A stretch of 64,000 nucleotides of DNA from Mustelus asterias (lineage: Eukaryota): contig NC_135824.1 in NCBI RefSeq assembly GCF_964213995.1, forward strand, positions 2,480,001-2,544,000, read 5' to 3'. The position numbers were made by a program, and so were the translations under genes. The notes below the pieces were generated by a model, which was given only the letters and a program-made list of their open reading frames with translations, was not told where the DNA came from and searched no databases. How positions within the stretch are numbered: position 1 is the stretch's first letter; each line of letters begins with the position of its first letter. Below, piece by piece: positions 1 through 39,600 of the stretch.

Positions 1-445
1 GAGGAGATTCACCAGGATGCTGCCTGGGATGGAACATTTAAGTTATGAAGAGAGGTTGGATAGGCTTGGGTTGTTTTCTCTGGAGCAGAGAAGACTGGGG
101 GGGGCGACCTGATTGAGGTGCTCAAGATTATGAGGGGGATGGACAAAGTGGATAGGGAGCAGCTGTTCCCCTGAGTTGAAGGGTCAGTTACGAGGGGACA
201 CGAGTTAAAAATGAGGGGTGGAATTTGAGGAAAAACCTTTTTATCCAGAGGGTGGTGGAGGCGGGATGCCTCACATCCTTTAAAAAGTACCTGGATGAGT
301 ACTTTGGCACATCATAACATTCAAGGCTATGGACCAAGTGCTGGCAAGTGGGATTAGGGGGCAGGCCAGGGCCTTTCACGCATTGGTGCAGACTCGATGG
401 GCCGAAGGGCCTCTTCTGCACTGTCGGATTCTGTGATTCTATTCC
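1..445 (+). mobile_element. CR1-type LINE 3' end
   Basis: [28 protein letters not shown]; tail gatgggccgaagggcctcttctgcactgt. Confidence 0.85.
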
Positions 446-920
446 AACGCCCCAACTTTTCCCCATAATCCTTGAATTAATCCACTAGTAATCCTTTTAC
501 TTGTCTAGTTGCACTTTGGAAGTTCCGATGGAATCTGATTCCACCAAACTTCCAGATATTGAATTCCAGATATAAACAGCACCCTGTGTGGAAAATGTAT
601 TTAGTTCTTTAGCCAATTATTTTTAAATCTCTGACCTCTGGTTACCAACCCATTCTCCAGAGGAAGCTATTTCTCCTCATCCCTGCCATCCAAACCTCTG
701 ATAATTTTGTATTTTTCTATTAAATCTTTGTAACGCTTCCCTGTTCTACGGGAAACAATCCCAACTGCTCCATTCTCTCCACTAAAGTGAAGACCTTCAT
801 CCCTGGCCTTAGCCTGCTGTGCCCTCGGTATCCTCTCCAGCACCTTTACATCCTTCCTAACCTGCTGCCCAGAGTTGAACACTACTCCAGCTGATGCCTA
901 ACCATTGTTCATAAAGATAT

Positions 921-1536
921 AGGGGGCGATTCTCCCATCCCGCTGCGCTAATCTCGCGTGGTCGATGCATGGGATTTGTGCATGCGTTCCAGCCCGGATA
1001 GCATCTCTCAGCGCAGATTTCCAGCGGCGTCAGCTCCGTGCTGGAAATCGGCAGGAAGGCGCCAAGACCGTTTAAATAGATAGTTCCATATATTTTAAAT
1101 ATCATCATTAGTGGGCTCGGGGCCGCAGTCTCCACTGGCATTTCCCTCCCCCGCCAGAGTGGTTCACTCCAGCTGGGATTACACCAACTCCCCACTAACA
1201 GGGAACTAGTGGCCTGACCTTGCTGGAGTGAAGGGGAGGGCAACTGGGACCCCCTGGGGGTGGGGTGGTGGTGCCCAGGGGCATTGACACTTTGGCAGTG
1301 CCAACCTGTGCTCCCTCGCAGTGCCCAAGGGACAAAGTTCCAATGCCCAGGGGGCACCTTGGCACTGTCCATCGGGCATGGGGCAGTGCCGGGGGGGGGG
1401 GGGGGGGGGGGCAGGGGGGGCAGGGCCTGGTGGGACAATCAGTGTGAACTCTGGACTCCCACTGAAAAAAACACGCGTGAATTACTCCAGTTTTCATGCG
1501 AATTCGAGGCACAAATTTTTTGGGAGAATTCCAGCC
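921..1536. mobile_element. GC-rich non-autonomous DNA transposon/MITE-like element
   Basis: Termini ggggcgattctccc / gggagaattccagcc are imperfect inverted repeats; CpG-rich interior with poly-G run. Confidence 0.45.
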
Positions 1537-1965
1537 ACTGGGAAAGAGAAGGCCGAGAAGTGGCCTGACAGAAGTCCATAAAAGATGAAGTGGTGGGGGG
1601 TTAAAAGGGAAAGGCACCAGGGAGTTTCCACTTGTGGGTGAGTCTAAAGCTAGGATAAGACGGTCACTAATGAATCCAATGGAGGATTTAGAAGAAAGCT
1701 CTTTATTCTGGAGACTGATGACAATGTGGAATTTGCGGAATGATTGCGGTGAATATTATGGATGCAGTTGAGGGAAAGCCGAATAAGTGCCTGAGATAGA
1801 CGAGAGTAGAAGACCCTAATAGGGTGAATTGAAGAGTATTGTGAGGAGGTATAAATATCAGAACAGGCCAGTTGGGCCGAATGGCCAGTTTCTGTGCTGT
1901 GGATTCTGTGTAATTATGAAAGACTAGAAAAGTGGGCTGAATTTATTTGTATTTTCTGTTTGTAG

Positions 1966-22530
<20,565 letters not shown>

Positions 22531-23814
22531 CCACCCAGTGCTGCTAAACCTCTGATGGATGTTTCTGCTAACATTACCTCATCAATTTCCCCCTGTCCCA
22601 TAAATAATTCTAAAGATATATATTTAAAAAGAAATGTATTTTCATTTTTAAAGGAAGGATGTCTGTTTAAAAATAATTGCCAAGATATTACTGCCCTCTT
22701 AAACATTAGATCAATGGGAGTCAGTATTGAGTTTTGAATGGGGCTCAGTTTAGGAGCTGAAGGCAATGGAGCATCTCATTTATCCATTAGGAAACCCATT
22801 CTACTGCCCAATTTAGTGGCCACTGGTGGAGACATCCCATTTTGCCAAGTTATTACCCATCCTTTTAAAGGAGAATGGCGCCTCACCCTCCCTTAGGTGA
22901 CACTCAGAATATCAATTGCTTAAACATGCACTGTAAATGGGAAACTATAACAGATTAAAATTACATTTTTCCCCAATTTATTTTTACTGCATCTCTCATC
23001 CTATCAGGGAAGATTATTTATCTGCTCACTATTGTTCGTCTGCAGCCAGAAGAGGAGTTTGGGTCATTACTCTTTTTCTACCAAGCAGTTGGCCCTGAAC
23101 AATAAGACCGATTGGGAACTTGCTGCAGATTGGCAGCCGGAACAGGGACATTGTAAACACAGCCGGGGGCAGGGGGAAGAATTTACAGGCATAGTTCATC
23201 CTATGGGAAGGTTCTGGACCTTTACCTTCATTAAATAATCCCAGAGATTATTAGTGAACCTTGATTTGGAGTTATAAAAACAAGGCAGGATTAATGTTGT
23301 GTGGATGCCTTCCTCAAGAAGTTAAAATATAATTTCCAAGTTGCACACCGGTTGAATGAGATCAATTTAAATCAAGATGAAGCCTGTGTCCAGTTATTGC
23401 AGATACTCCGCAAACCCAGATATCAGCATAATCCAAGGAGAATCAAATGAAATAGCAGCAAAGATTGTATAATTTTAAACAAGTGAGTTACAAATATTTT
23501 AGTCCTGATTATATGGTTTGTCTGTTCACGAATTGGGAATGTTTTGCCCATTAAGTGCAGGCAACTGTAGTCTCGCAAATTCAATGTGTGGGGCATCAGC
23601 CAATGTGTGGCAAGACCAGCATTTGTTGCCCATCCCTAATTGCCCTTGAAAACAGTTAAGAGTCAGAGTCACATATAGGCCAAGTGTCTTTCCATTTGGT
23701 GCGAAGGAGTTTGCTTTGTGGCCTGCTGCTGCACACCCTTCACCTTCTTGCCTTCCTCCACCGTCAGATATACCCTGACGCTCTGTTCTGCTGTCTGGCA
23801 GTGGGGGGGGGGGG

Positions 23815-23897
23815 CTTGGGGCTCCGAAAGCTTGTGTGGCTTTTGCTACCAAATAAACCTGTTGGACTTTAACCTGGTGTTGTTAAACTTCTTACAG
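23815..23897 (+). mobile_element. Truncated family A Penelope terminal fragment
   Basis: gctccgaaagcttgtgtggcttttgctaccaaataaacctgttggactttaacctggtgttg, flanked by cagtggggg on both sides. Confidence 0.7.
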
Positions 23898-24704
23898 TGG
23901 GGGAGGACCCCAGTGGAGGGCTCTCTGTGGAGAGTCCTCCCTTTCTCCGTCGGGAACCTGGCACTCATCAGTGCCATGCAACCGTAGTTTGTGGTTTACA
24001 GACTCCTAGGTTGCGTGCCTTTTCTGCAGCCAAGGGGAGTCTGTGTTCCACGTTTATGTAGATTGCAGCCCCATTTTTGCTATTTGAAGGAGCTGTTCCT
24101 CAAGTTTTGGTTTCACTTTAGCCCCACACTCCCCATGTTTGGCCATCCGGTGCACAGAGAGGTGGAACTCGTAACCAATCCCAGGAGCAGGCTTAAGTTA
24201 GCCATTAACAGGTCTAGGCAGCGGGTGGACATTTGCCCCTTTCACAGCCAGGTGGCCTTGGAGAGGGAGCAGACAGTGTCCATTGGCACACTTCAGGCCT
24301 TCTGTGCCTCGTGGACGTCATGAGGTTGGGGTGCATCATCAGCTCTGGGAATATTTTAATTTTAAAAAATGTTTTATTTTCGTTCATGTCCCACCAAGGC
24401 TGTCACCCCTACCGTTTTTGCTTAATTTATTGTTTTTCTTAAGGCCAAGGATGACATTTCCTTCCTTTAAAAGACTTGAGTGAATCAGAGGTATTTACAA
24501 TAATTTGCTGTTTCACGGTCACTGTTACTGAGTCTAGTTTGCAATTCCATCAGCTGGTGTGATGCGATTTGAACCCAGAGCATTAACCTAGACTTCAGGA
24601 TTACTCGCCCAATGATATTATCACACCACCGTCTACAGGACAAACCTGTGTGGCACCAATTGACTGTTGACCACAGGATTTGTACACACTTAGAGCAGCT
24701 CAAA

Positions 24705-25125
24705 GCTAAAGGTAAAATATACTGCAAATAATCAGCAATTTAGGCAGAATCTGTAGAGAAAATTGGTTAACATTTCTGATCTGTAACCCTAAGTCACAAT
24801 GGAAGAATAATTTTCAGGTTAAGCAAAGAGGCAGGGAAGGTTTGTGATAAAGGCTGAAGAGAATAAATGTCAAAAGGGAATGATAGGGCAAGGCAAAAGT
24901 GTAGCAGTAATAGGACAAGAAAATAAAAAGGGTTTAGAGGAGCCGTAAATGGCAACAGAAATATTTCCAGGACCTGGTTATGATCGGAAGTTGTTGAATT
25001 AAATGTTGAGTCAGGAAAGAGGTGTTGTTCCTTAAATGTCACATGAAGCAGAAGTCAGTGTGGGAGTGGGGTTGAGAATTAAAATGACAAGTGACCGGAT
25101 GCTCGGGGACATGTTTGCAGACTAG
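24705..25125 (-). mobile_element. Degenerate Penelope-like 3' end (endonuclease tail plus family-B-like terminus)
   Basis: gttgagtcaggaaag...gtgttgttcct...aattaaaatgacaagtgaccggatgctcgggg resembles 56297-56460; 24705-24790 resembles the family B terminus. Confidence 0.5.
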
Positions 25126-25624
25126 AGATCAGTCAACTTAAGACCAAGAACAGTACAAGTCAGTTGAAAAAGCTCATTCCTGGTGATGCCACTCTGTGCT
25201 GGCGATTGCTTGTTCCAAAAACTGATTACACTTGCTGCAGATTTGGGCGTTTGCACAGAAACTCGAGTGTCACTTTATCGCAGCTTTGAGTGGATCATAA
25301 AACACAGGAGTACCACTGTGACAGAACAGGGCAAATTAACATCCCTGACAATTGCATTTGATTTCAGTTGGTACGTTGAGGAGATATCCTCTGTCTCATC
25401 TCACTGGGACAAGAGGATAAAATATTATCAGGTAGGAAGCCATTACTGACTTCATCCAGCAATGTGCCTTCACAAAATAACTATACGAAAAAGCTAAACA
25501 ATACCGTATGATGTATTTCCAATCTTTTAAAGAAACAAATTGTGATTTACAAGTGAGCAGATAACCTATATTCTGCTTAGGTTGAGTAATCGGTCACTAG
25601 ATGCTAGGTGAATAGCTGGTTTAA

Positions 25625-25925
25625 CATAGAACATAGAAAGCCACAGCACAAACAGGCCCTTCGGCCCACAAGTTGCGCCGATCACATCCCCACCTCTAGG
25701 CCTATCTATAGCCCTCAATCCCATTAAATCCCATGTACTCATCCAGAAGTCTCTTAAAAGACCCCAACGAGTTTGCCTCCACCACCACCGACGTCAGCCG
25801 ATTCCACTCACCCACCACCCTCTGAGTGAAAAACTTACCCCTGACATCTCCTCTGTACCTACCCCCCAGCACCTTAAACCTGTGTCCTCTCGTAGCAACC
25901 ATTTCAGCCCTTGGAAATAGCCTAG
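25625..25925 (-). mobile_element. CR1 3' end
   Basis: [31 protein letters not shown] and (ttctatg)n tail. Confidence 0.85.
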
Positions 25926-27015
25926 TTTCTATCTACACCATCACTGAATAGGTGAGAATTGGGTTTAATTCACTTCACAAAAAGGAATTAAAATCTAAAT
26001 AACAAGAGCGGAAATCTGTATATATCAGTCAATAAAGTGTACCTTAACTCGAGGATTATCATGGTGTAAGCTCTTCACCGTCTCATGATGCAGTTATTGA
26101 GAATTGCAACAAGGCTCCACAATTGGTATTTCTACTGGCTAGTTAAACAAATCAGTTCTTGTTCAAAACCACTGGATTTGTATAAATTAAGGGCAGTGCT
26201 GAGATAGACCTATAATCAGTAACCCAGAATGGATGCCAGAAGTCAAGGGGTTCCAAAACTTTTACCCTAGCAACTATCTTGGCTTATCCCCCACACCTTC
26301 AGAAGTGGCACTGAACCAATGTACAAGGTAGAAGTGCATCATTGTTCAGTCTCCCCTGGGAAGGAGACAAGCATGGATTCATTTGCACTCCACATCTTTA
26401 GTGGTGTCCCTTATTTCAGCAGTTCTCAAACCTCTTTGGTTGAAAGATCCCTTCAAATGGTTTAGTTATAACTTAGATCAGGGTGGTCTATTTTGTTAGG
26501 AGTGCTACATGTAAATAATGGGTACTTGCAGAAATTAGAGAGATGGATAAGGTTACTTCTCACTAGTTTGTACCCTTGTGTGATGTTTACTGCACTCCCA
26601 GCTTGCAACAAGCCCCTTTGCTTTGTTTTTGCAGGTCCCAGTTTGAGGACCACTACCCTCTTTCATGGTGGTTTTTGGCCTTCACCTGGGTTTCCTATGG
26701 TGCAGCCCTCCCACATGCTGTCAAAGCTTAATCCTGCATCCCTCCCACTCACATTAAATAGTTAAGCAAAGGTCCAATTTTGAAAGATAACTGTTTTGTA
26801 CTGAACTTTTTTTGAAATTGTGGAAACCAAACTAGAAAAGTCAGGGAATGAGATGTGCAGTACACTAAATCAGACAATCTTTCTTTAGACCAAATACAAC
26901 CTGTGTAAGAAAATATTGTTGACTGCTAGAAGTGTGTAAATGTGTAAAAGTGTGTAATTTTGAACCCCTTCAACCTGTGTTCCTGCTAAAGTTTTCACCA
27001 TTTACCGGATGTTGC

Positions 27016-27021
27016 AATAAA
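27016..27021 (+). terminator. Candidate MAP2K1 polyadenylation signal (alternative AATAAA at 26031-26036)
   Basis: AATAAA followed by T/GT-rich sequence, downstream of the MAP2K1 stop; usage not verifiable from sequence. Confidence 0.35.
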
Positions 27022-28084
27022 TGATTGTAATGTGATCTTAAACTGTTTTCCTCTTGCCATTTTGCTGCTTTTAAATCAACTAGTGTGAGAAACGAAGCTC
27101 ACTCTTTAATAATTTTACATGAGTCAAATTCTGAAGAAACGTCTTTTAATCGATCTTGCAAGAAAGGGTGTCGCTGAGCAGGCACACCCTAACATAATTA
27201 CAGCATGTATTTTATAGTTTCTCCAAAGCCCCCGGTACTCTTTCCCCCCCCCCCCCCCCCCGCGCTATTGATTATGTTATGTGATTGTGTCTCCTATTTC
27301 TTGCCTATGTGGTAGTTTCTTAACTGCTGCTATGTTCAGATAAGCTACTTTCTTTGTTCTTTCTTGTTTCGGTCCCATGTTGTGTATCTTCGGTGGTTTC
27401 TGTGTTCAGACTGATGTTTGCACACTATAACCTGCTTTAAAGCCTGCTTATGGTTCTACAATTCAGCTTCATGTAGAAGCAACATTATGCCATATCTCAC
27501 ACTAGAGTAACAATTGTAATTGACATCTTTACAGATCACTAAACCCCAAACACATCCATCCACAAGCCCCAGCCTCTTGGTGATTAGCAATCTGCATGTG
27601 GCCCATTTGGGTTGAGTACAGCCCATAAAATATTTTGACTGTTCCATCCCTGCATAGTTCTCCTACCAGTATGACTGAAGTGATATGCATGTAAAGCATG
27701 GGGTATGTGAAGTGAATTGTGTGCTTCCAGTGTCCAATCCAGTATGAATATTGCTTTAAAGTGCTATTATCTATAATTGAAATATTCAGCATGGAATGTA
27801 TCCAATCTTGAAAGGGTCATATAGTAAACATGGTAGATTTCAATCTTGTGGCCCAACTGAGATGGAGGGCCACTCACTGTTCCATTTGTGAACATACATG
27901 GAAACATTGTACATTCCATAATTGATTCAGGACATTAAGGGTAGGATGATTTACTTAAATTCTACAGTCAATAGAACAAAGCTCACTACCAAGAATTTTT
28001 CAAAGTTAACCATCTTTCTTCAGTCTATAACTGAATTACAATCATCCAAGGACAATAGTAGCAGAACTGGGTAAAAGTTTCAAA

Positions 28085-28335
28085 GTTTTAGTCACAAGTA
28101 GGCTTACATTAACACTGCAATGAAGTTACTGAAAATCCCATTGCCACATACTGGCACCTGCTCAGGTACACAGAATTTAGCATAGCCAATGCACCTAACC
28201 AGCACATCTTTTGGACTGTGGGAGGAAACCCACAGACACAGAACATAGTTTCTGCACAGACAGTGACCAACCCAGGAATTGAAGCTGGGTCTCTGGTGCT
28301 GTAAGGCAGCAGTACTAACCACTGTGCCACCATGC
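28085..28335 (-). mobile_element. V-SINE-like element with alternative tail (also 32625-32915 +, 39465-39750 -, 53659-53950 +)
   Basis: Same tRNA head and core as HE1-like copies but tail cagtaacttcattgcagtgttaatgtaagcctacttgtgac. Confidence 0.8.
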
Positions 28336-28664
28336 TGTCAAATTCCTGAAGGTAAAAGAAACTGCAGGCTGTAGGGGAAAAAAAATAGTGCTGGTTGGAT
28401 AAATCTACCAAAGAGCTGGCACAAACAAAGAGCAAATAGCCTCCTGTTGTGCTGTTATAATTCTACAGGTGACAAGCTGTAGATGCTGCAGCACCACCAA
28501 AACAAGTGATCAACCAGAACATATGATACGGTGGTCCAATCTTTGAATTCCACAACAGGATAACTTCCTGTTCAATTAACTCTCATTGACCATGATTACT
28601 ATCTTTTAAATGAAATGATTGATCTGCACAATGGAAAAAGCTGCATTATATACTTTAAATAGAT

Positions 28665-28670
28665 TTTATT
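28665..28670 (-). terminator. RPL4 polyadenylation signal
   Basis: tttatt on + strand = AATAAA on -, giving the short 3' UTR typical of ribosomal protein genes. Confidence 0.7.
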
Positions 28671-28736
28671 TAGATCAAACCCATATGGCAATGTAAAGAA
28701 TCCATGACAAGATGAGCACATCTGCAAATAGGAGCT

Positions 28737-36092
<7,356 letters not shown>

Positions 36093-36095
<3 letters not shown>

Positions 36096-36146
36096 CTCCG
36101 CTGCTGCTCCCCGCGCTCGGGATGGCGGCGGCCGGAAAAGGAAGAA
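36093..36146 (-). CDS. RPL4: RPL4 exon 1 (5' UTR plus ATG only)
   Basis: Minus strand TTCTTCCTTTTCCGGCC...GGAG-ATG|gtgaga; ATG = 36093..36095. Confidence 0.9.
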
Positions 36147-36633
36147 CACATCACCGCCGCGCCCTTAAATAGCGGCCGCCGCCAACCTCCCGCCCCGGGA
36201 AACACCGCCGGCAGCCCGGCCACTGGGATCCAGACACTCACACACCGGCCCCCCCTCACCAATCACACATTGAAAACCAGTAAAACCTCCCGTTTCCCCT
36301 CAAAAAAACACTAAAATATCGCCGGCACTATTTTCTTTTAGCGGCGGCACTATTTTATAGCGCGGTAATGCGGCCGCTGAAGTAAAATTTCTTTTTTAAA
36401 AAAAATAAAAAACCATTTCAGACAATAGTGATTCTTGGGAAAAGTTGTTGAGCATAAATCCTTCGTTAAAAATAAATAAATAAAAATATTTGGACCGACT
36501 ATCGGTGGGAGTGACGGCGGAGAAACGCGCGCGCCGGGCGGCGGTTTGAATTTGAATTCCTGTCGGTTTTATTTTAACAAGTTGAGTTTTTGTGGTGAAT
36601 TCAGCTTCATTTCTCCTCACAGCTCCGTTCAGA

Positions 36634-36686
36634 ATGGACTCTGCCGCTCTCCAGTCCATCCGAGGCTTCCACACCTTCCTTCTGGG
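36634..36686 (+). CDS. ZWILCH: ZWILCH coding exon 1
   Basis: [17 protein letters not shown](G)|gtaagt, 53 bp, phase matches exon 2. Confidence 0.75.
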
Positions 36687-39600
36687 GTAAGTGCCCAGGG
36701 AGCTGTTGATGCAACCCAAACTCCTGCTGTTGTTTAAGGAATGATGCCGGTGTTGGACTGGGGTGGGCACGGTAACAAGTCTCACACCAGGTTAAAGTCC
36801 AACAGGTTTAACTGGTAGCACGAGCCACAAACTTACGGAGCGCTGCCCGAATAGTGCTCCGAAAGCTTGTGGCTCGTGCTACCAAATAAACCTGTTGGAC
36901 TTTAAGTTGGTGTTGTGAGACTTCTTACTGTTGTTAAGAAAGCCCCACCACCAACACCTCTTACTATCTCAGAAGACTAAGGAAATTTGGCATGCTATGG
37001 CTCTCACCAACTTTTACAGATGCACCATAGAAAGCATTCTTTCTGGTTGTATCACAGCTTGGTACGGCTCCTGCTCTGCCCAAGACCACAAGGAACTACA
37101 TAGGGTCATGAATGAAGCCCAGCCCATCAAGCAAACCAGCCTCCCATCCATTGACTCTGTCTACACTTCCCGCTGCCTCGGCAAAGCAGCCAGCATAATT
37201 AAGGACCCCACGCACCCCGGATATTCTCTCTTCCACCTTCTTCCGTCAGAAAAAGGATACAAAAGTCTGAGGTCACGTACCAACCGACTCAAGAACAGCT
37301 TCTTCCCTGCTGCTGTCAGACTTTTGAATGGAACCAAAAGAGCTTTGACAAAGGGTCAATCTGGACTCGAAACGTCAGCTCTTTTCTCCTTACAGATGCT
37401 GCCAGACCTGCTGAGATTTTCCAGCATTTTCTCTTTTGGTTTCAGATTCCAGCATCCGCAGTAATTTGCTTTTATCCAGACTTTTAAATGGTCCTACCTT
37501 ATATTAAGTTGATCTTTCGCTACACCCTAGCCATGGCTGTAATACTACTATATTCTGCACCCTCTCCTTTCCTTCTCTATGCACAGTATACTTTGCCTCT
37601 ATAGCATGCAAGAAACAATACTTTTCACTGTATACTAATAATAAATCAAATTGAATCCTTCATTGAAAATTGGGGCGGCACGGTAGCACAGTGGTTAGCA
37701 CTGCTGCTTCACAGCTCCAGGGACCTGGGTTCGATTCCCGGCTTGGGGCACTGTCTGTGTGGAGTTTGCACATTCTCCTCGTGTCTGCGAGGGTTTGCTC
37801 CGGTTTCCTCCCACAGTCCAAAGATGTGTGGGTTAGGTTGATTGGCCAGGCTATAAATTGCCCCTTAGAGTCCTGAGATGCGTAGGTTAGAGGGATTAGT
37901 GAGTAAATATGTGGGGATATGGGGGTAGGGCCTGGGTGGGATTGTGATCGGTGCAGACTTGATGGGCCGAATGGCCTCCTTCTGCACTGTAGAGTTTCTA
38001 TGATTTCTATGATTGAGTGAAGCTGAGTTCTTGTCTCCTCAGCCCCTTCTCTGGGTAATGATTTGATTTATTACTGTCACAGGTATTGGTATACAGTGAA
38101 AAGTATTGTTTCTTGCGCACTATACAGACAAAGCATCCCATTTATAGAATATATGGGGCAAAAGAATAGGGTGCAGAATGTCCCGTTACAGCTATTGCTA
38201 GGGTGTAGAGAAAGATTCACTTAATATAAGGTAGGTCCATTGAAAAGTCTGATGGCAGCAGGGAAGAAGCTGTTTTTGAATCGGTTCGAACGTGACCCTC
38301 AGTTTTTTGTATCTTTTTCCTGATTAAGAATTGAGTGAAGCTGAGCTGTTATCTCCTCAGCTCCTCCTGTGGGTAATGGGAACAGAGGAGCAATGATCAT
38401 TGGGTTGAAGAATAGGCTGGGTAATCTATCTATTTGTCTGTCTCTCACTGTCAGTGATATTGCTTTGTAGAGAAACACCCACAGAAACAAAAACAGAAAA
38501 TGCTAGAAAATCTCAGCAGGTCTGACAGCATCTGTACAGAGAGAACAGGGTCAACATGAGGATGACCATCAGATTCCAGCATCCACAGTATTTTGCCTTT
38601 AACATGCATAGAAACAGAAAATGGGAGCAGGAGGAAGCCATTCGGCCCTTCAGATTTGCTCTGCCATTTAATTTTGATCATGGCTGATCATCCAACTCAA
38701 TAGCCTAATCTCGCCTTTCCCCTATATCCTCTGATCCCCTTCCCCCAAGTGCTATATCTAACTGCCTCGTGGAAACATTCAGTGTTTTGACCTCAACTGC
38801 TTTCTGTGGTAGCAAATTCCATAGGCTGACCACCCTCTGGGTGAAGAAATTTCTCCTCATCTCTGTCCTAAACAATCTACCCTGTATCATCAGACTGTGA
38901 TCCCTAGTTCTGGACATCCCCACCATCGGGAATATTCTTCTTGTGTCTACCCTGCCTAGTCCTCTTAGAATTTTATAGGTTTCTATGAGCTGTTTGAAGT
39001 GAGGGATGAAGAACATTACTTCATGCAGCATCATTCTATCCTAATTTTAGCTTTTGATTTTCCACTCCCCCACCCCCACTCTAGTTCCTTACTTCCATAG
39101 AACCAAGGAATTCCTACAGTACAGAAGGAGGCCATTCAGCCCAACAAGTCCGCACAAGTCCCACCATCCTCATATGCCTGTGTATTTACCATGGCTAATC
39201 CACCTAACCTGCACATCATTGGACATTGGGGCCCAATTTAGCATGGCCAATCCACCTAACCAGCACGTCTTTTGGACTGTGGGAGGAAACTTGAGTACCC
39301 AGAGGAAAGCCAAGCAGACACGAAGAGAACGTGCAAACTCCACACAGACGCGAAGAGAACGTGCAGACTCCACACAGACACATTTCTTTTTCCAAATGCT
39401 AATTGGCCTTCCATATACTTCCAGCATTTCATTTCACTCTTAATTTTCCAGTTTATTTTTATTTATAAAGTAAAGTTAATTTATCAGTCACAAGTAAGGC
39501 TTACATTAACACTGCAATGAAGTTACTGTGAAATTTCTCTAGTTGCCACACTTCGGCGCCTTTTCGGGTCAGTGCACCAAACCAGCATGTCTTTCAGACT

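Larger units (their letters stand above)
36950..37650 (+). mobile_element. Rex1/Babar-type LINE 3' end (split by the family B insertion)
   Basis: [22 protein letters not shown]...[22 protein letters not shown]...[18 protein letters not shown]. Confidence 0.85.

Noticed and set aside
857-1617. Overlapping Pro/Gly-rich ORFs up to 193 aa
   Set aside because: They arise from a GC-rich transposon-like element with a poly-G run; no recognisable domain or splice context.
26040-26086. Minus-strand ETVKSLHHDNPRVK|gt, faintly like the SNAPC5 exon 1 end (LHDQLNRLK)
   Set aside because: In-frame stop a few codons upstream, no start codon, and similarity too weak.
27320-27425. Minus-strand open stretch CANISLNTETTEDTQHG...SSS* after an AG
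   Set aside because: No recognisable homology or partner exons; cannot be supported as a terminal exon.
37672-37745. tRNA-like A/B boxes at SINE heads (many copies)
   Set aside because: They are SINE 5' heads, not cloverleaf tRNA genes.
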